IMG/VR virus record: IMGVR_UViG_3300042691_047443
Span: 1-64,000 of that record
From: a virus
Direction: 5' to 3' (one strand)
Length of the DNA stretch: 64,000 nt
Both the position numbers and the translations under genes were made by a program. Shown here one piece after another: positions 8,676 through 18,089 of the stretch. The notes beneath the pieces were generated by a model that was not told where the DNA came from, searched no databases, and worked only from the letters and a program-made list of their open reading frames with translations. The number at the start of each line of letters is the position of its first letter. Position 1 is the stretch's first letter.

Positions 8676-8868
8676 CTTTTACAAGACGATCTTCTTCGAA
8701 TTCCCAACCATTCAGATCTTCAAGATCTGCAAAAATACCCCTGTTTTGATGCCCAGATGTTGAATCGCCCTGGCGTATGTTTCCCAAAGCCCTGTCTGGG
8801 CCGGTTGAGCTCAGCGAACGAAATCCGGTGAGCACTTCGCGAATGTATTGTTTGAGGACAAGATTCAC
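8653..8868 (-). CDS. Hypothetical protein with N-terminal LKQYIRE motif
   Basis: 4-nt overlap with upstream gene; shared N-terminal helix motif. Confidence 0.6.
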   Translation of the reverse strand: MNLVLKQYIREVLTGFRSLSSTGPDRALGNIRQGDSTSGHQNRGIFADLEDLNGWEFEEDRLVKDEGNRIP

Positions 8869-9557
8869 TTTGACGGAACCTTGCTTTTAATGTATTTATT
8901 AAACCTTGTGTTCACCTGACTGACTAATTTTGCAATGTCATATGAGGTCATTTTTTGACGAACCCTACCAGAAAGCTCTGCCTGAAGATAAGACTTCAGG
9001 TCATCTACAAACATCCTATCTTTGAATTTTCTATTCACGGGAACAGTCTTTTTGTCATTGTGAAATTTTTCAAGCTCGTCTAGAACGTTCTGCGTCACTT
9101 GTGCCCAAGAAGCCTCAGAAGGAGGTGTCTTCATCTTATCAAGATGAGTCTTAAAACGTTCATTGAGACTTTTTATGATTTTTTGCATCTCGGTTGATGA
9201 AGGAACGTCAGCGTGATTTCTTGCATAATGTTTGACATAAGGCCCAATCTCTTTGAGGAAATCTTTGTCAAATTTTACTTTTACACTTTTCTCCCACTGA
9301 GAAACGATACTGTTGGCAACGTCGAGATGATTGTCCTTTTCTTTACTTGAAGACGTACCAGAGACCTCTCTTTCAGAGGAGGATTTTTCTGAAGAAGAAT
9401 CCGTTTTTAGTGAAGTCTTGGTCGAAGAGGTTTTATTTGAATGAGGAACGTATTCACCCTTCAACATCTCAACCGCGTTAGTGTATGCATCTTTATTCAT
9501 CCGAAGCTCTTGAAGGACAAAAGACACAAACTCACGCAAGAGAAGTGGTGTCATCAC
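8865..9557 (-). CDS. Hypothetical basic protein with N-terminal LLREFV motif
   Basis: 230 aa, Ser/Lys-rich linker. Confidence 0.65.
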   Translation of the reverse strand: MMTPLLLREFVSFVLQELRMNKDAYTNAVEMLKGEYVPHSNKTSSTKTSLKTDSSSEKSSSEREVSGTSSSKEKDNHLDVANSIVSQWEKSVKVKFDKDFLKEIGPYVKHYARNHADVPSSTEMQKIIKSLNERFKTHLDKMKTPPSEASWAQVTQNVLDELEKFHNDKKTVPVNRKFKDRMFVDDLKSYLQAELSGRVRQKMTSYDIAKLVSQVNTRFNKYIKSKVPSK

Positions 9558-9994
9558 TTACGCACCTCAATTTTTTGGCCCGCAACGCGTCTTGCGTCGA
9601 CTTCAAACGGGTTGTAATAGTATGGATGAGTTCCCGGGCATCCGATTCTCATCGCCACAAGATTTATTCCATAGATAATGGGTTGAAAAACTCCCAAACG
9701 CATGACTTGCTCGACATGACGCAACTCGTGTGTGAGAGTCTCACGGCTGTCCATGATAGACTGCTTCAAGACGACCACGTTACCGATAGCATGTCCACCC
9801 CAGCGTCTCCAGTAATTCTTGAGCCAGGATGGAGTCTTTTCATGATTCACTTCCCATATCATTCCATCGTCTACGATACCGCCCCAGTTATACCATCCCA
9901 TGGCCCAAAAGAGCGTGACATACAGAAGCCCTAAAAGAGTAACTGGTGCTGCCCATGCGTAACCGAGGAATTTTTTAAATTTTGAAAGTGTCAT
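9554..9994 (-). CDS. Membrane-associated HExxH zinc-metallopeptidase-like protein
   Basis: TM segment; HAIGNVV...LTHELRHVEQ...NPFEVDAR. Confidence 0.7.
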   Translation of the reverse strand: MTLSKFKKFLGYAWAAPVTLLGLLYVTLFWAMGWYNWGGIVDDGMIWEVNHEKTPSWLKNYWRRWGGHAIGNVVVLKQSIMDSRETLTHELRHVEQVMRLGVFQPIIYGINLVAMRIGCPGTHPYYYNPFEVDARRVAGQKIEVRK

Positions 9995-10000
9995 ATAAAC

Positions 10001-10021
10001 CTCAAGATTATCTATCTTGAG
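10001..10021. other. Perfect inverted repeat (hairpin) in intergenic spacer
   Basis: CTCAAGAT-tatct-ATCTTGAG, overlapping an ATAGATA motif upstream of 9994. Confidence 0.5.
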
Positions 10022-10032
10022 ATTCTGGATTG

Positions 10033-10863
10033 TTACCCCCAGAGCGAATCAAATGTTCCGATGAACTTATCCCACGAGCCCTCCTTGAGGAGGGAGGAAA
10101 ACCCGTACTTCTCGAAGACTTCTCGAAGAGGAACCCAGTCTCGGATTGGAGAAGAAGAAGTCATTTCCAGGCATTCTTCGTCTGACCAGAAAGCGAATTT
10201 GATGAGATCGTAATTTCTAATGAAAGTATCTGACTTGACAACGTCAGAGACGAGAAATTCGTCAAGCATCTTTGAGTCTCTAGAGAGTACCTCCGCCGTC
10301 TTATCACCAACGCCGGGGATGCCTGGAATGTTATCGGAACCGTCTCCGCGGAGAGACTTCCACGTGACATAATCATATTCTGGGCAGACTACGTAACCCT
10401 TCTTCATCGGGTTCCAGATTTTTACGTTGTCGAACTCGTTGAGAAGCTGGGTGAAATCAGAGTCGTTTGAGACCACTGTCCACTGCACAGCTGAGGACCC
10501 GCGCTTGATCAAATTATAAATGGTGTCGTCGCATTCAAAGTGCGGGTGCCTTACGACCGTGACGGGAAATACAGTCTTCAAAAGAGCGATCACTTCATCT
10601 GATTGGGCAAAGAACTTTGCTCTTTCGGCTGCCTCAGGGGACTCGGGATCAATGACACGATTTGCCTTATATTCCTTGAAAGCCTCCTTCCGGTGGAGGG
10701 CTTTTCCCTCAAGGACAAAATAGACTCGCGTCGGCTTCAACTGATCGATGATCGATCGAAAGTTTCTCATGAAATTAAACATCACAGGGGCCGGACCCAT
10801 CTGCCAGCCAGATCGAGCCCTGTGCATAAAATTCATACCATCAATCGCGACAACGTGAGACAT
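10033..10863 (-). CDS. 5'-3' exonuclease (PolI N-terminal / T4 RNase H / FEN family)
   Basis: IDGMNF..R; YKANR; ECDD; SNDSDFTQL; GDGSDNIPGIPGVGDKTA (H3TH). Confidence 0.92.
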   Translation of the reverse strand: MSHVVAIDGMNFMHRARSGWQMGPAPVMFNFMRNFRSIIDQLKPTRVYFVLEGKALHRKEAFKEYKANRVIDPESPEAAERAKFFAQSDEVIALLKTVFPVTVVRHPHFECDDTIYNLIKRGSSAVQWTVVSNDSDFTQLLNEFDNVKIWNPMKKGYVVCPEYDYVTWKSLRGDGSDNIPGIPGVGDKTAEVLSRDSKMLDEFLVSDVVKSDTFIRNYDLIKFAFWSDEECLEMTSSSPIRDWVPLREVFEKYGFSSLLKEGSWDKFIGTFDSLWG

Positions 10864-10885
10864 TTAACACACTCCTTATATAAAG

Positions 10886-10915
10886 GATGTAAACCATCTC
10901 TACGAGAGATTTCAC
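10886..10915 (-). promoter_or_regulatory. Sigma70-like promoter
   Basis: GTGAAA-N18-TACATC followed by AAGGAG RBS. Confidence 0.45.
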
Positions 10916-10922
10916 TCTTAAA

Positions 10923-11294
10923 TTAGGCGCAAGTTTGATAAGATGAAGATCTTGGCGTTAAGTCTACGCAATTACCTGCTCGACGTCTGACCAATCTTGC
11001 ATAGTTGTTTTTTTCATTTTCAACAGTAAAGTCTATGAGACTCACACCATCTGATGATTCAAAAACAACTGAACCTGACAAATCAGACATAAAAAAACAT
11101 AAGAACTTATCAGGACCCGAACATTCCCAATAAGAATTGCATATCTTATATTTGGACCTTGGCAACTGTTGCCCCTTGTTTACTTGAATGTTTACAAGAG
11201 AAAATTTGTTGCACCTTGGACATGTGCCTCTGCGTAGTCTTTCCGCATGCTCGTCGAGAAGAATTCGTCTTACTTTCATTCCCTTAAACCACAT
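10923..11294 (-). CDS. Hypothetical zinc-ribbon protein
   Basis: CPRC...WEC...C; true start may be ATG 11279. Confidence 0.55.
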   Translation of the reverse strand: MWFKGMKVRRILLDEHAERLRRGTCPRCNKFSLVNIQVNKGQQLPRSKYKICNSYWECSGPDKFLCFFMSDLSGSVVFESSDGVSLIDFTVENEKNNYARLVRRRAGNCVDLTPRSSSYQTCA

Positions 11295-11519
11295 TGTATC
11301 TTAACGTCAATCATAACTTTCTTCAAAGACATTGGGATTTTGTTTCCATTGGGGATCTTTCATCCCCATGAGATAAAGTATTTCACTACACAAACATTCA
11401 TTACAGGCCTGAACGTTAACCCATCTTAATATATACTTAGGCCTTACCAAAATTTAAAACGAGCAGTGCATGACATTTCTTTCCAAACTGTGTCAACTGC
11501 CTGAATTTTTCTATCTTAC

Positions 11520-11930
11520 TTATGAAAGTCTCAATTTACCCTTGACGCCATTTCCAAGATCAACGTACGCAGTATCTGAATCCCCGGTGGAGTAGGAATC
11601 TTCCTCTGGTTCTGCGGCAGTTTCTGCAAACCATTCCGTTGCCTTGTTCACCGCCAACTCAATGTGTTTATTCACTGATCTTGTCGCTCTGTCTAACATC
11701 ACTGTTCTTGCATGTTCAGCTGACTCAAACACCTCACCCTGTATGCTACTTAACAGATAATGTTTTGGATTTGCGCCGCCTGATTTTAAAGAATATTCTG
11801 TCTCCGTGGAGATCTCGCCTGCGTGCCATATCTTCTTTGTAATCTCTTCGTCCACACGCATCGGATATACAACCGTCTGTTTGTCGGGTATAACGTATAC
11901 TATTTGACCTACGTTAAGTTTCATTTTCAC
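11520..11930 (-). CDS. Hypothetical protein
   Basis: LNVGQIVYV N-terminus (KOW-like); AAGGA RBS. Confidence 0.7.
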   Translation of the reverse strand: MKMKLNVGQIVYVIPDKQTVVYPMRVDEEITKKIWHAGEISTETEYSLKSGGANPKHYLLSSIQGEVFESAEHARTVMLDRATRSVNKHIELAVNKATEWFAETAAEPEEDSYSTGDSDTAYVDLGNGVKGKLRLS

Positions 11931-12304
11931 TCCTTTTTAGGAAAGAGAGAATTGGTGACGCCATCCTCGTCGTCATCCTCGTCGTCATCATCATCCTCAT
12001 CGTTATCTGATGGCTCATTTGCAAGTTGAAATACTCCCAGAGGGGACATTCCGGTCGGGGCGATTACGTAATCAGGCGCGCTATCACCTGTTGGAAGACC
12101 TACCTCCTGACAAGCATTCACAAGCTTTTGCCACAACATTGACTCTATCATTTGGCGATTTTCTAAAGTCGCCAGAGAATTACTTATCGTTTGCTTTCCC
12201 TCCGGAGGGAGGGAAATGCTCATTAAATCCCTGAGGTGTAATAATTCGTACTTGGTGAATCTAATCTCATATGTCTTTCGAAGTTTAATTTCAGGTTTAT
12301 TCAT
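11927..12304 (-). CDS. Hypothetical protein with acidic C-terminal tract
   Basis: 125 aa; D/E run; leaderless promoter upstream. Confidence 0.7.
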   Translation of the reverse strand: MNKPEIKLRKTYEIRFTKYELLHLRDLMSISLPPEGKQTISNSLATLENRQMIESMLWQKLVNACQEVGLPTGDSAPDYVIAPTGMSPLGVFQLANEPSDNDEDDDDDEDDDEDGVTNSLFPKKE

Positions 12305-12310
12305 GCAGTT

Positions 12311-12340
12311 ATATTACAACTTTTTATTGCTTGTGTTTAA
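12311..12340 (-). promoter_or_regulatory. Sigma70-like promoter, leaderless
   Basis: TTAAAC-N18-TAATAT-N6-ATG(12304). Confidence 0.55.
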
Positions 12341-12631
12341 TCACTGATTACTTTCGTCAAGTACTTCCATAAAGAGATCATACGTATCCCTGTGTTCAAC
12401 GCCCTTTTGAATCTTTGCGACCTTTAAAGCGGCCTGAAGAGTTTTGTAATCGAGCTTTTCGCTGTACTCTTCGATCACCTCTTTGCGATCTTCCTTGAGA
12501 AGCTCAATCTCATCATCGATTGATTCAATTTTCTTTACGAACTCTTTGACCAAAGCACGAAGAGCATTGATCTCTGTGGGTTGCATGACTGCGATATTGT
12601 ACTGCTTTTCAGATTTATTCTTTTTTCCCAT
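12341..12631 (-). CDS. GapR/T4 DsbA-like dsDNA-binding protein
   Basis: LVKEFVKKIESIDDEIELLKEDRKEVIEE...LQAALKVAK coiled-coil pattern; start at ATG 12631, 6 nt after the -10. Confidence 0.7.
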   Translation of the reverse strand: MGKKNKSEKQYNIAVMQPTEINALRALVKEFVKKIESIDDEIELLKEDRKEVIEEYSEKLDYKTLQAALKVAKIQKGVEHRDTYDLFMEVLDESNQ

Positions 12632-12637
12632 AAGGGA

Positions 12638-12667
12638 AAAATAAGTCACACATCATCATATGTTCAC
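12638..12667 (-). promoter_or_regulatory. Sigma70-like promoter, leaderless
   Basis: GTGAAC-N18-TATTTT-N6-ATG(12631). Confidence 0.55.
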
Positions 12668-13737
12668 ATGGATTGAATCTTCTTGATTGTCTCTTTGTAC
12701 CGAGCTAAAACGTAGTTTTCGTCAGTGATTTTTGCGTTCGTCAACGACTTGATTTTTTGCAACATCTTTTTTATTGCATAATCTTTGATCATTTTTTTCA
12801 TGGAAGCAAATTGCTCTTGAGACAATTTTTGATCAGGAATTTTTGCCTTTTTCCCTAACTGCTGAAGCTCTTTGCCGGTTTGAATTTTCTTACCTGTCAA
12901 TTTTTCTATCTGTTGCACACTTTTCAGTGAAAGTAGTTGCTGCGTCTTTTCTATGATACCTGTCGTTTCTTCATCAACTATTCTCTTCGCCTCGGCGCGC
13001 ATTTTTTTGACCCTTGGATTGTCATTTATTGCTTTTATCATCTCTGGCGATGACAGCACGCTGGCCAATTTTTTCGGAGACTGTTTCGTGGCTGCCTGAC
13101 CTTTTCCTTTTACTTTACCTTTTCCCCCACTGGGAGATTCGTCTTCAAAGAGAAAGTTATTTCCCCTGCCGTAAGAACTGGTTTGTATGTTAGAACCAAT
13201 TGCAGCTACCGCGCCTACCTTTGCTACTGAACTTGCTGCATCTTTGATCTTTTTCAACTTATCTGTCATGGTACCTCCCGTTACAACATCAATGGCGTCG
13301 ACGGCAAGTTCCGGAGCTTTTTGTAAAAAAGCATTCGTGATCACAAGAGAGGGATTGGCAAAAAATGCCAAAGAAGCAACGTCACTATTTCCTAAAATTT
13401 TAGCAGTTTCATCGTAAGCTTCTCTGAAGACCGGATCGTTCTTTATGGCTTCTATATTTTTTTCTGATTCTTTAAATATTTCGTCATATTCTGCTGACGC
13501 AAACGGAATAAGGATTGATCCCACCGCTTCAAGTGAAATTCTGACGGCTGTTTTTACCTGCTCAAGCATTTCTTTGGATTTTCCAATCACAGTCTTGAAT
13601 AGTCTTGTAAAACCCCTAAAATACCCCTTTTCACTGATAGAAATTTCAGGTTCACTTGTGATGTCTCCGTCTGACCACTCGACTAAAATATCTTTGATGT
13701 ATTTACGCAGGATTGCTTCATTAATGTTGTTTTTCAT
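12664..13737 (-). CDS. Hypothetical protein with N-terminal ILRKYIKDILVE motif (putative internal virion protein)
   Basis: 357 aa; ATATTTA 6 nt upstream. Confidence 0.7.
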   Translation of the reverse strand: MKNNINEAILRKYIKDILVEWSDGDITSEPEISISEKGYFRGFTRLFKTVIGKSKEMLEQVKTAVRISLEAVGSILIPFASAEYDEIFKESEKNIEAIKNDPVFREAYDETAKILGNSDVASLAFFANPSLVITNAFLQKAPELAVDAIDVVTGGTMTDKLKKIKDAASSVAKVGAVAAIGSNIQTSSYGRGNNFLFEDESPSGGKGKVKGKGQAATKQSPKKLASVLSSPEMIKAINDNPRVKKMRAEAKRIVDEETTGIIEKTQQLLSLKSVQQIEKLTGKKIQTGKELQQLGKKAKIPDQKLSQEQFASMKKMIKDYAIKKMLQKIKSLTNAKITDENYVLARYKETIKKIQSM

Positions 13738-13954
13738 TTTCTCTAAATATTATCGGTCTGCCGGATAATTCTGTCCAAAGAGCTGCAACTTGAGACTCAA
13801 GTTCAATTTTTGCGATAATGTCTGATTCGCCGAACTTCTTTCTTTCTTGCGAGGGCAACGATTTTAACAACTCGCGTTTTATGATATTCCAGTCATCTAC
13901 GTGACCTGCGTATGCATATACTTCTCTAATTTTATTTATAATCTTTTCATTCAT
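13721..13954 (-). CDS. Hypothetical protein
   Basis: ORF between neighbours; start moved to ATG 13954. Confidence 0.55.
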   Translation of the reverse strand: MNEKIINKIREVYAYAGHVDDWNIIKRELLKSLPSQERKKFGESDIIAKIELESQVAALWTELSGRPIIFRENEKQH

Positions 13955-14411
13955 TTGTTTGGGCCATAATGTTAAGTCGAAGAACATCCAGGGCTTTATC
14001 TATCAGAGGTTTTTGGTAACTTTGTATGGGAGGTAAGTTATCTACACGAAACCACGACGCATCTGCAACCTCAGAATCTGGATCTTTTACGTTCGGTACG
14101 TTATTGCATACCTGCCGCGCGAGATAAGCAATCACCGTTTTTGTCTTGTTTTTCAGTTGAATCTTAACGCTTCCAAGCGGGGATTCAATTTCTACAAGAA
14201 TTCCGGTTTCTTCCTGGGTCTCTCTGATTGCGCATTCTTCGTGCGATTCACCCTTGTTGATTTTACCCTTAGGCATACCCCAGACATCGCTGTCAGAGAA
14301 TTGTTTAATCAGAAGAATTTGTGCATCCTGAAAAGAACGTGACATCTTGTAGGTTATAGACCCGCAGGATGTCACGTTCTTTTCTTCGTTGTTATTCAGT
14401 TTTTTAATCAT
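13947..14411 (-). CDS. NUDIX hydrolase
   Basis: Nudix box PKGKINKGESHEECAIRETQEETG. Confidence 0.9.
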   Translation of the reverse strand: MIKKLNNNEEKNVTSCGSITYKMSRSFQDAQILLIKQFSDSDVWGMPKGKINKGESHEECAIRETQEETGILVEIESPLGSVKIQLKNKTKTVIAYLARQVCNNVPNVKDPDSEVADASWFRVDNLPPIQSYQKPLIDKALDVLRLNIMAQTNE

Positions 14412-14457
14412 GTGCTAAATCTTAACACAATAATTACACAGTATACTGAACTCAATT

Positions 14458-14673
14458 CTAAACACTTAAATTAGCTTCTTCTTTTGAGATTGCGTTGTTT
14501 ATCGCCCCCCATAGAAACATTCTAACGTGATCGTCAGTCAAACGTTCGCTACCTAGATTAAAAGTTTCACGAATCTTATTCGTTATGACGTTGGTCAAGT
14601 CAATCCTTAGTTCATTGCCATTTGGCAGTCTAATCACCCTAGAGTCAACGAAATTAATTGTTTGATTTTCCAT
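14458..14673 (-). CDS. Hypothetical protein
   Basis: 71 aa ORF in run. Confidence 0.6.
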   Translation of the reverse strand: MENQTINFVDSRVIRLPNGNELRIDLTNVITNKIRETFNLGSERLTDDHVRMFLWGAINNAISKEEANLSV

Positions 14674-14678
14674 ATTGC

Positions 14679-15212
14679 TTATTTTTTAGGTTTAATCGGA
14701 GTGGGTCCAGAAGTGTCTTCTTCCGGGGCTGAATCTTTTTTCTCGGATCTTACAATGGTGGGTTTGATGGTGATTGTTTTTCCGTTGGATTTCCGTTTCA
14801 TCCAAATGTTGGCTGGATAATCTGAGGGATCAATTACCTCTTCAGCTGGAATTTCAGCTGTAACAATCTGGGAGATTGCCTTGAGAAATGCAAGCAACGC
14901 GACTTGCTCTGCTTCCTTCAAGGAGGAGATGTATCTCTGCATCGTTGTCTGTATTTTTTCATCCCTGAATGATCTTCCCGACCTGATCGAATTCAGTTTT
15001 TCGATTATATCGTCGACTTTCACATTTCCCTTCTTTAGAAGAAGGTCATCTTCGTCTTCATCACCCTCATCGCCACCTGACATCATGTCCTGAACTTCTT
15101 CCTCTGTTATGGCCTGCGTCTGAAGTTTTGATCGCAAGGTTTCACTGATTACAGAGTTGAAGTAATCCTTTAGACTCTTCACGTTGTTAATGTGTTTTAC
15201 GCTCATTGTCAA
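14679..15212 (-). CDS. Hypothetical protein (SLKDYFNSVISE motif)
   Basis: 177 aa ORF in run. Confidence 0.65.
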   Translation of the reverse strand: MTMSVKHINNVKSLKDYFNSVISETLRSKLQTQAITEEEVQDMMSGGDEGDEDEDDLLLKKGNVKVDDIIEKLNSIRSGRSFRDEKIQTTMQRYISSLKEAEQVALLAFLKAISQIVTAEIPAEEVIDPSDYPANIWMKRKSNGKTITIKPTIVRSEKKDSAPEEDTSGPTPIKPKK

Positions 15213-15451
15213 TTTCTCCCAAATTTAATCCTGTTCAGGGGTCTTTCTTGATGTCTTCTCGCCCTTTCTCTATTGGGAGAATCAGGTGATTGCTTACGAT
15301 ATAACTCCTGAATGACGATAGCATCCATGAACTTATCGAAGGCGAATGACTCTTTATTTATTTTTTTGCAAGTGCAGCCGTCACAGTCTTCATCACAACT
15401 GCAATTTTCCCTATCTTCATCACAGCACTCGCATTTATCACCGTTTTTCAT
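15209..15451 (-). CDS. Small Cys-rich (metallothionein-like N-terminus) protein
   Basis: CECC...CSC..DCDGCTC; GAGG RBS and ATATTTA motif before ATG 15451. Confidence 0.55.
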   Translation of the reverse strand: MKNGDKCECCDEDRENCSCDEDCDGCTCKKINKESFAFDKFMDAIVIQELYRKQSPDSPNRERARRHQERPLNRIKFGRN

Positions 15452-15474
15452 AAACACCTCTTTAATAAATATGG

Positions 15475-15858
15475 TCATTCTTTGATCAATTGCATGCTTA
15501 TGACGCAAGTTCTATGCTCAGGAGAAATGCTCTTTATTGCAAAGGCGTTTATAGAATATGTGCCTTTGTGTTTTATAACTTCATCGCCCAAAGTGAGATG
15601 AAACTCTGACACCTTAAGCGATGACCACGCCTCCGAAAGACCGAATGCATCTTCGTATATGACCTTAACGTCAAGATCAATTTCATTTCTACGAAAATTA
15701 CACGAGACAAGAGAACTGTTTAATGGTTCAATATTTTCACCAACAAGCAGAAACACGTCCACAAGAATGAAATTACTTTCATAATCTTCCATCTCTGTCT
15801 CAGAGAGCTGATTCTTGATCGCGTCGCTGATCAACATCTTCGCTTCATCTTGCAACAT
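15475..15858 (-). CDS. Hypothetical protein
   Basis: ORF in run; start moved to avoid overlap. Confidence 0.6.
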   Translation of the reverse strand: MLQDEAKMLISDAIKNQLSETEMEDYESNFILVDVFLLVGENIEPLNSSLVSCNFRRNEIDLDVKVIYEDAFGLSEAWSSLKVSEFHLTLGDEVIKHKGTYSINAFAIKSISPEHRTCVISMQLIKE

Positions 15859-15862
15859 AAAT

Positions 15863-16255
15863 TTACTCAGTCTTTTTTTTGCTGGAGTATGAATAATAAA
15901 CAATGTCTTTGAAAACTTCATCTGCGTACTTTGCGTACTCCAGATCAAGTTCGGTTATTGTCTCAATATTTTTTGTGAAAAGCTCTAGTTGTAGTGTTTC
16001 TTCTTTTACAACCATGTCAGCATTATGTTGCATTTGCTCCTCGTAGTCCAAGAGAAGCTTGATCATCAGGCTTCTGTCGCCTGACCTACGAAATCTAAAC
16101 GTTTTTACAAGACGTTTTGGGTCATTTTTTTTGACCCACTTATCCATGGGAATGACAGGTAACTCAATGTTTTTAGGTTCGACAGGCAGTCTTCCAAATG
16201 ACATCGGTCTCTTCGAAGATTGAATGTAATTTTCATGTATGGTTTTTAACTTCAT
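15863..16255 (-). CDS. Pterin-4a-carbinolamine dehydratase-like protein (degenerate)
   Basis: W......RLVKTFRF...EQMQHNADM...LFTK....ITELDLEYAK..DE; canonical HHP and TH are altered. Confidence 0.7.
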   Translation of the reverse strand: MKLKTIHENYIQSSKRPMSFGRLPVEPKNIELPVIPMDKWVKKNDPKRLVKTFRFRRSGDRSLMIKLLLDYEEQMQHNADMVVKEETLQLELFTKNIETITELDLEYAKYADEVFKDIVYYSYSSKKKTE

Positions 16256-17007
16256 GGTATGACCATTCCACCGACAACGGCCGCCTCAGTGAAGGAAGAG
16301 CCGTTTGTCCATATTTTTCTATTTCTATCAATGACGCAGGACCCACCCTTGAATTTCAGGTCCCTCTCTTTTCCCACTCGATTAGAGACGATGACATTCG
16401 CTCCAGTCTGTTCTGATAGTTCCACCCAAGAAGAATCAGGATAACCATATGTCGAACCCCAGTTAGTCAACAAGGCTATTGTATCAACCGACCCAGGATA
16501 ATAAAATTTCTGACCCGGCTTATAGAACTTATATGATTCCCTGTATCTGTTCGCAGAATCTCTACAAATGAGAACACCTAACCTGCCCGTCGGCGTATTC
16601 ACAACTGGGTGTAATTCGTCAGATGGTTGTGCCCACATATTATCGCTTCCCCAAAGATTGTGTTTTTGACAATTACCCTCCAATCCATACGGGCCAACAA
16701 TGGCCGCAGAATTGTAAAGCTTATCTTCAGATAGTTCAGGATAGCCGAATATGATGTGACAACCAAACTTTCTCGCAATGGGCACAAAAGATTGCGTCTG
16801 ATAACCGTTCTTAGGTTGAGAACAATCAGACGCCTCGCGTAAATTTCTTAACACGAACCCAGACGTACATAACTCAGGTAAAACAACCACGCGAGCACCC
16901 TTTGCAGCGGCCTCAAACGCCATCTGCTGTGCAATGGCAATGTTGCTTCTTACGTCGTGTAATTTTGGCTCAAATTGAACCGCTGCGACAATGATGGGTG
17001 CCTGCAT
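16252..17007 (-). CDS. Carbon-nitrogen hydrolase (nitrilase superfamily)
   Basis: Catalytic triad motifs VLPELC, QKHNL, LICRD; YNSA; SNRVG.E....F.GGSCVI. Confidence 0.9.
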   Translation of the reverse strand: MQAPIIVAAVQFEPKLHDVRSNIAIAQQMAFEAAAKGARVVVLPELCTSGFVLRNLREASDCSQPKNGYQTQSFVPIARKFGCHIIFGYPELSEDKLYNSAAIVGPYGLEGNCQKHNLWGSDNMWAQPSDELHPVVNTPTGRLGVLICRDSANRYRESYKFYKPGQKFYYPGSVDTIALLTNWGSTYGYPDSSWVELSEQTGANVIVSNRVGKERDLKFKGGSCVIDRNRKIWTNGSSFTEAAVVGGMVIP

Positions 17008-17012
17008 GTGTT

Positions 17013-18089
17013 TTACTCTCTTGCGTTATCAATCTTTCTCAGGACATCTTTGAGACCGCTTGCTACTTCCTTTCCACTTGCGCCTTTGTGCTTCTTTTGA
17101 AGTTCTGAAAAGACTTTCTTGTATTCCTTACTGTCGGAGAAGGTTCTCAAGGAATCAAGCATGTCGTAATTGTCACGCAAAAAGTCAAGCAAAAACACAC
17201 AGATAAAGCTTGGCAGCGTGACAACGGCTTCAGGATGCTGTCTAAATGCTTCAACGTCATCTTCTGAGATCATGTCAGAGGGATCTTCGTAGTTTTCCGG
17301 ATCTGTTAACCATCTGTCCACGAACAAGTTGATTGCATCCCTTACCTGCGGATCAGCGGCGAGCTTCGGAACATCGTCAGAATTGACCAAAGATTCGCCG
17401 GTATCCTTAAGAGGGTCTGCGCTCCATTGCTTCAAGGCATCTTTTTCAAGCCTGTTCAGGAATTCAATCCCTGCCTTGCGAAATTGTGCCATACCTGACG
17501 CGGGTATAGAATACATCCAGAGGTTGTCAGAGAACTTTTTACGTCCCTCTCTGTCGTCCCTCCAAACTCCTGAGGTTGACTTGCCCAACGCCTTTGCAAT
17601 GTCACTCAGTGCCATCTCAGACTCATCGCCAGCGGAGATATACTCCTTCTTCTCTGCACCATCTTCTTTCTTTGGGCGACCCGGTCTGCGGGCGGGGGTT
17701 GGTAGTGCTTCAAATAGCGATCTATTTTCGCGGATCATTTTACGAATTCTTGATCTTACAAGAGACTCAACCTTTGTGTCTTTTCTGTTCATTTTCTTAT
17801 CACCTTTTTTGTCATTTAAGTGCTGAATTACGCCCATCATTTTTTGATAAACGTCAGGAATTTTTTCCTGTGGGATTTCATCTTTCATCGAGCTTAACGC
17901 AATCGTAAGTTCTTCAAAACTGTCAGGCTTATAGTTTGGATTTCCTGGGTTTGTGAGAATCGCGGATGGGTCTACCACGTTATTTACTTTCACTGGTTCT
18001 TTTGACGAATTAGGCGACCTTGAATGCAAGACCTCTTTGATAAGATCCCTTATTGCACCTTCGCTTACGATGACATTTTGTTGCATCAC
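17013..18089 (-). CDS. Hypothetical protein with AT-hook-like and HTH-like segments
   Basis: RRPGRPKK; LSDIAKALGKSTSGV; two LxxxIxE motifs. Confidence 0.6.
   Translation of the reverse strand: MMQQNVIVSEGAIRDLIKEVLHSRSPNSSKEPVKVNNVVDPSAILTNPGNPNYKPDSFEELTIALSSMKDEIPQEKIPDVYQKMMGVIQHLNDKKGDKKMNRKDTKVESLVRSRIRKMIRENRSLFEALPTPARRPGRPKKEDGAEKKEYISAGDESEMALSDIAKALGKSTSGVWRDDREGRKKFSDNLWMYSIPASGMAQFRKAGIEFLNRLEKDALKQWSADPLKDTGESLVNSDDVPKLAADPQVRDAINLFVDRWLTDPENYEDPSDMISEDDVEAFRQHPEAVVTLPSFICVFLLDFLRDNYDMLDSLRTFSDSKEYKKVFSELQKKHKGASGKEVASGLKDVLRKIDNARE

Noticed and set aside
11965-12005. Trinucleotide-like TCA/TCG repeat
   Set aside because: It simply encodes the Asp/Glu tract of 11927..12304
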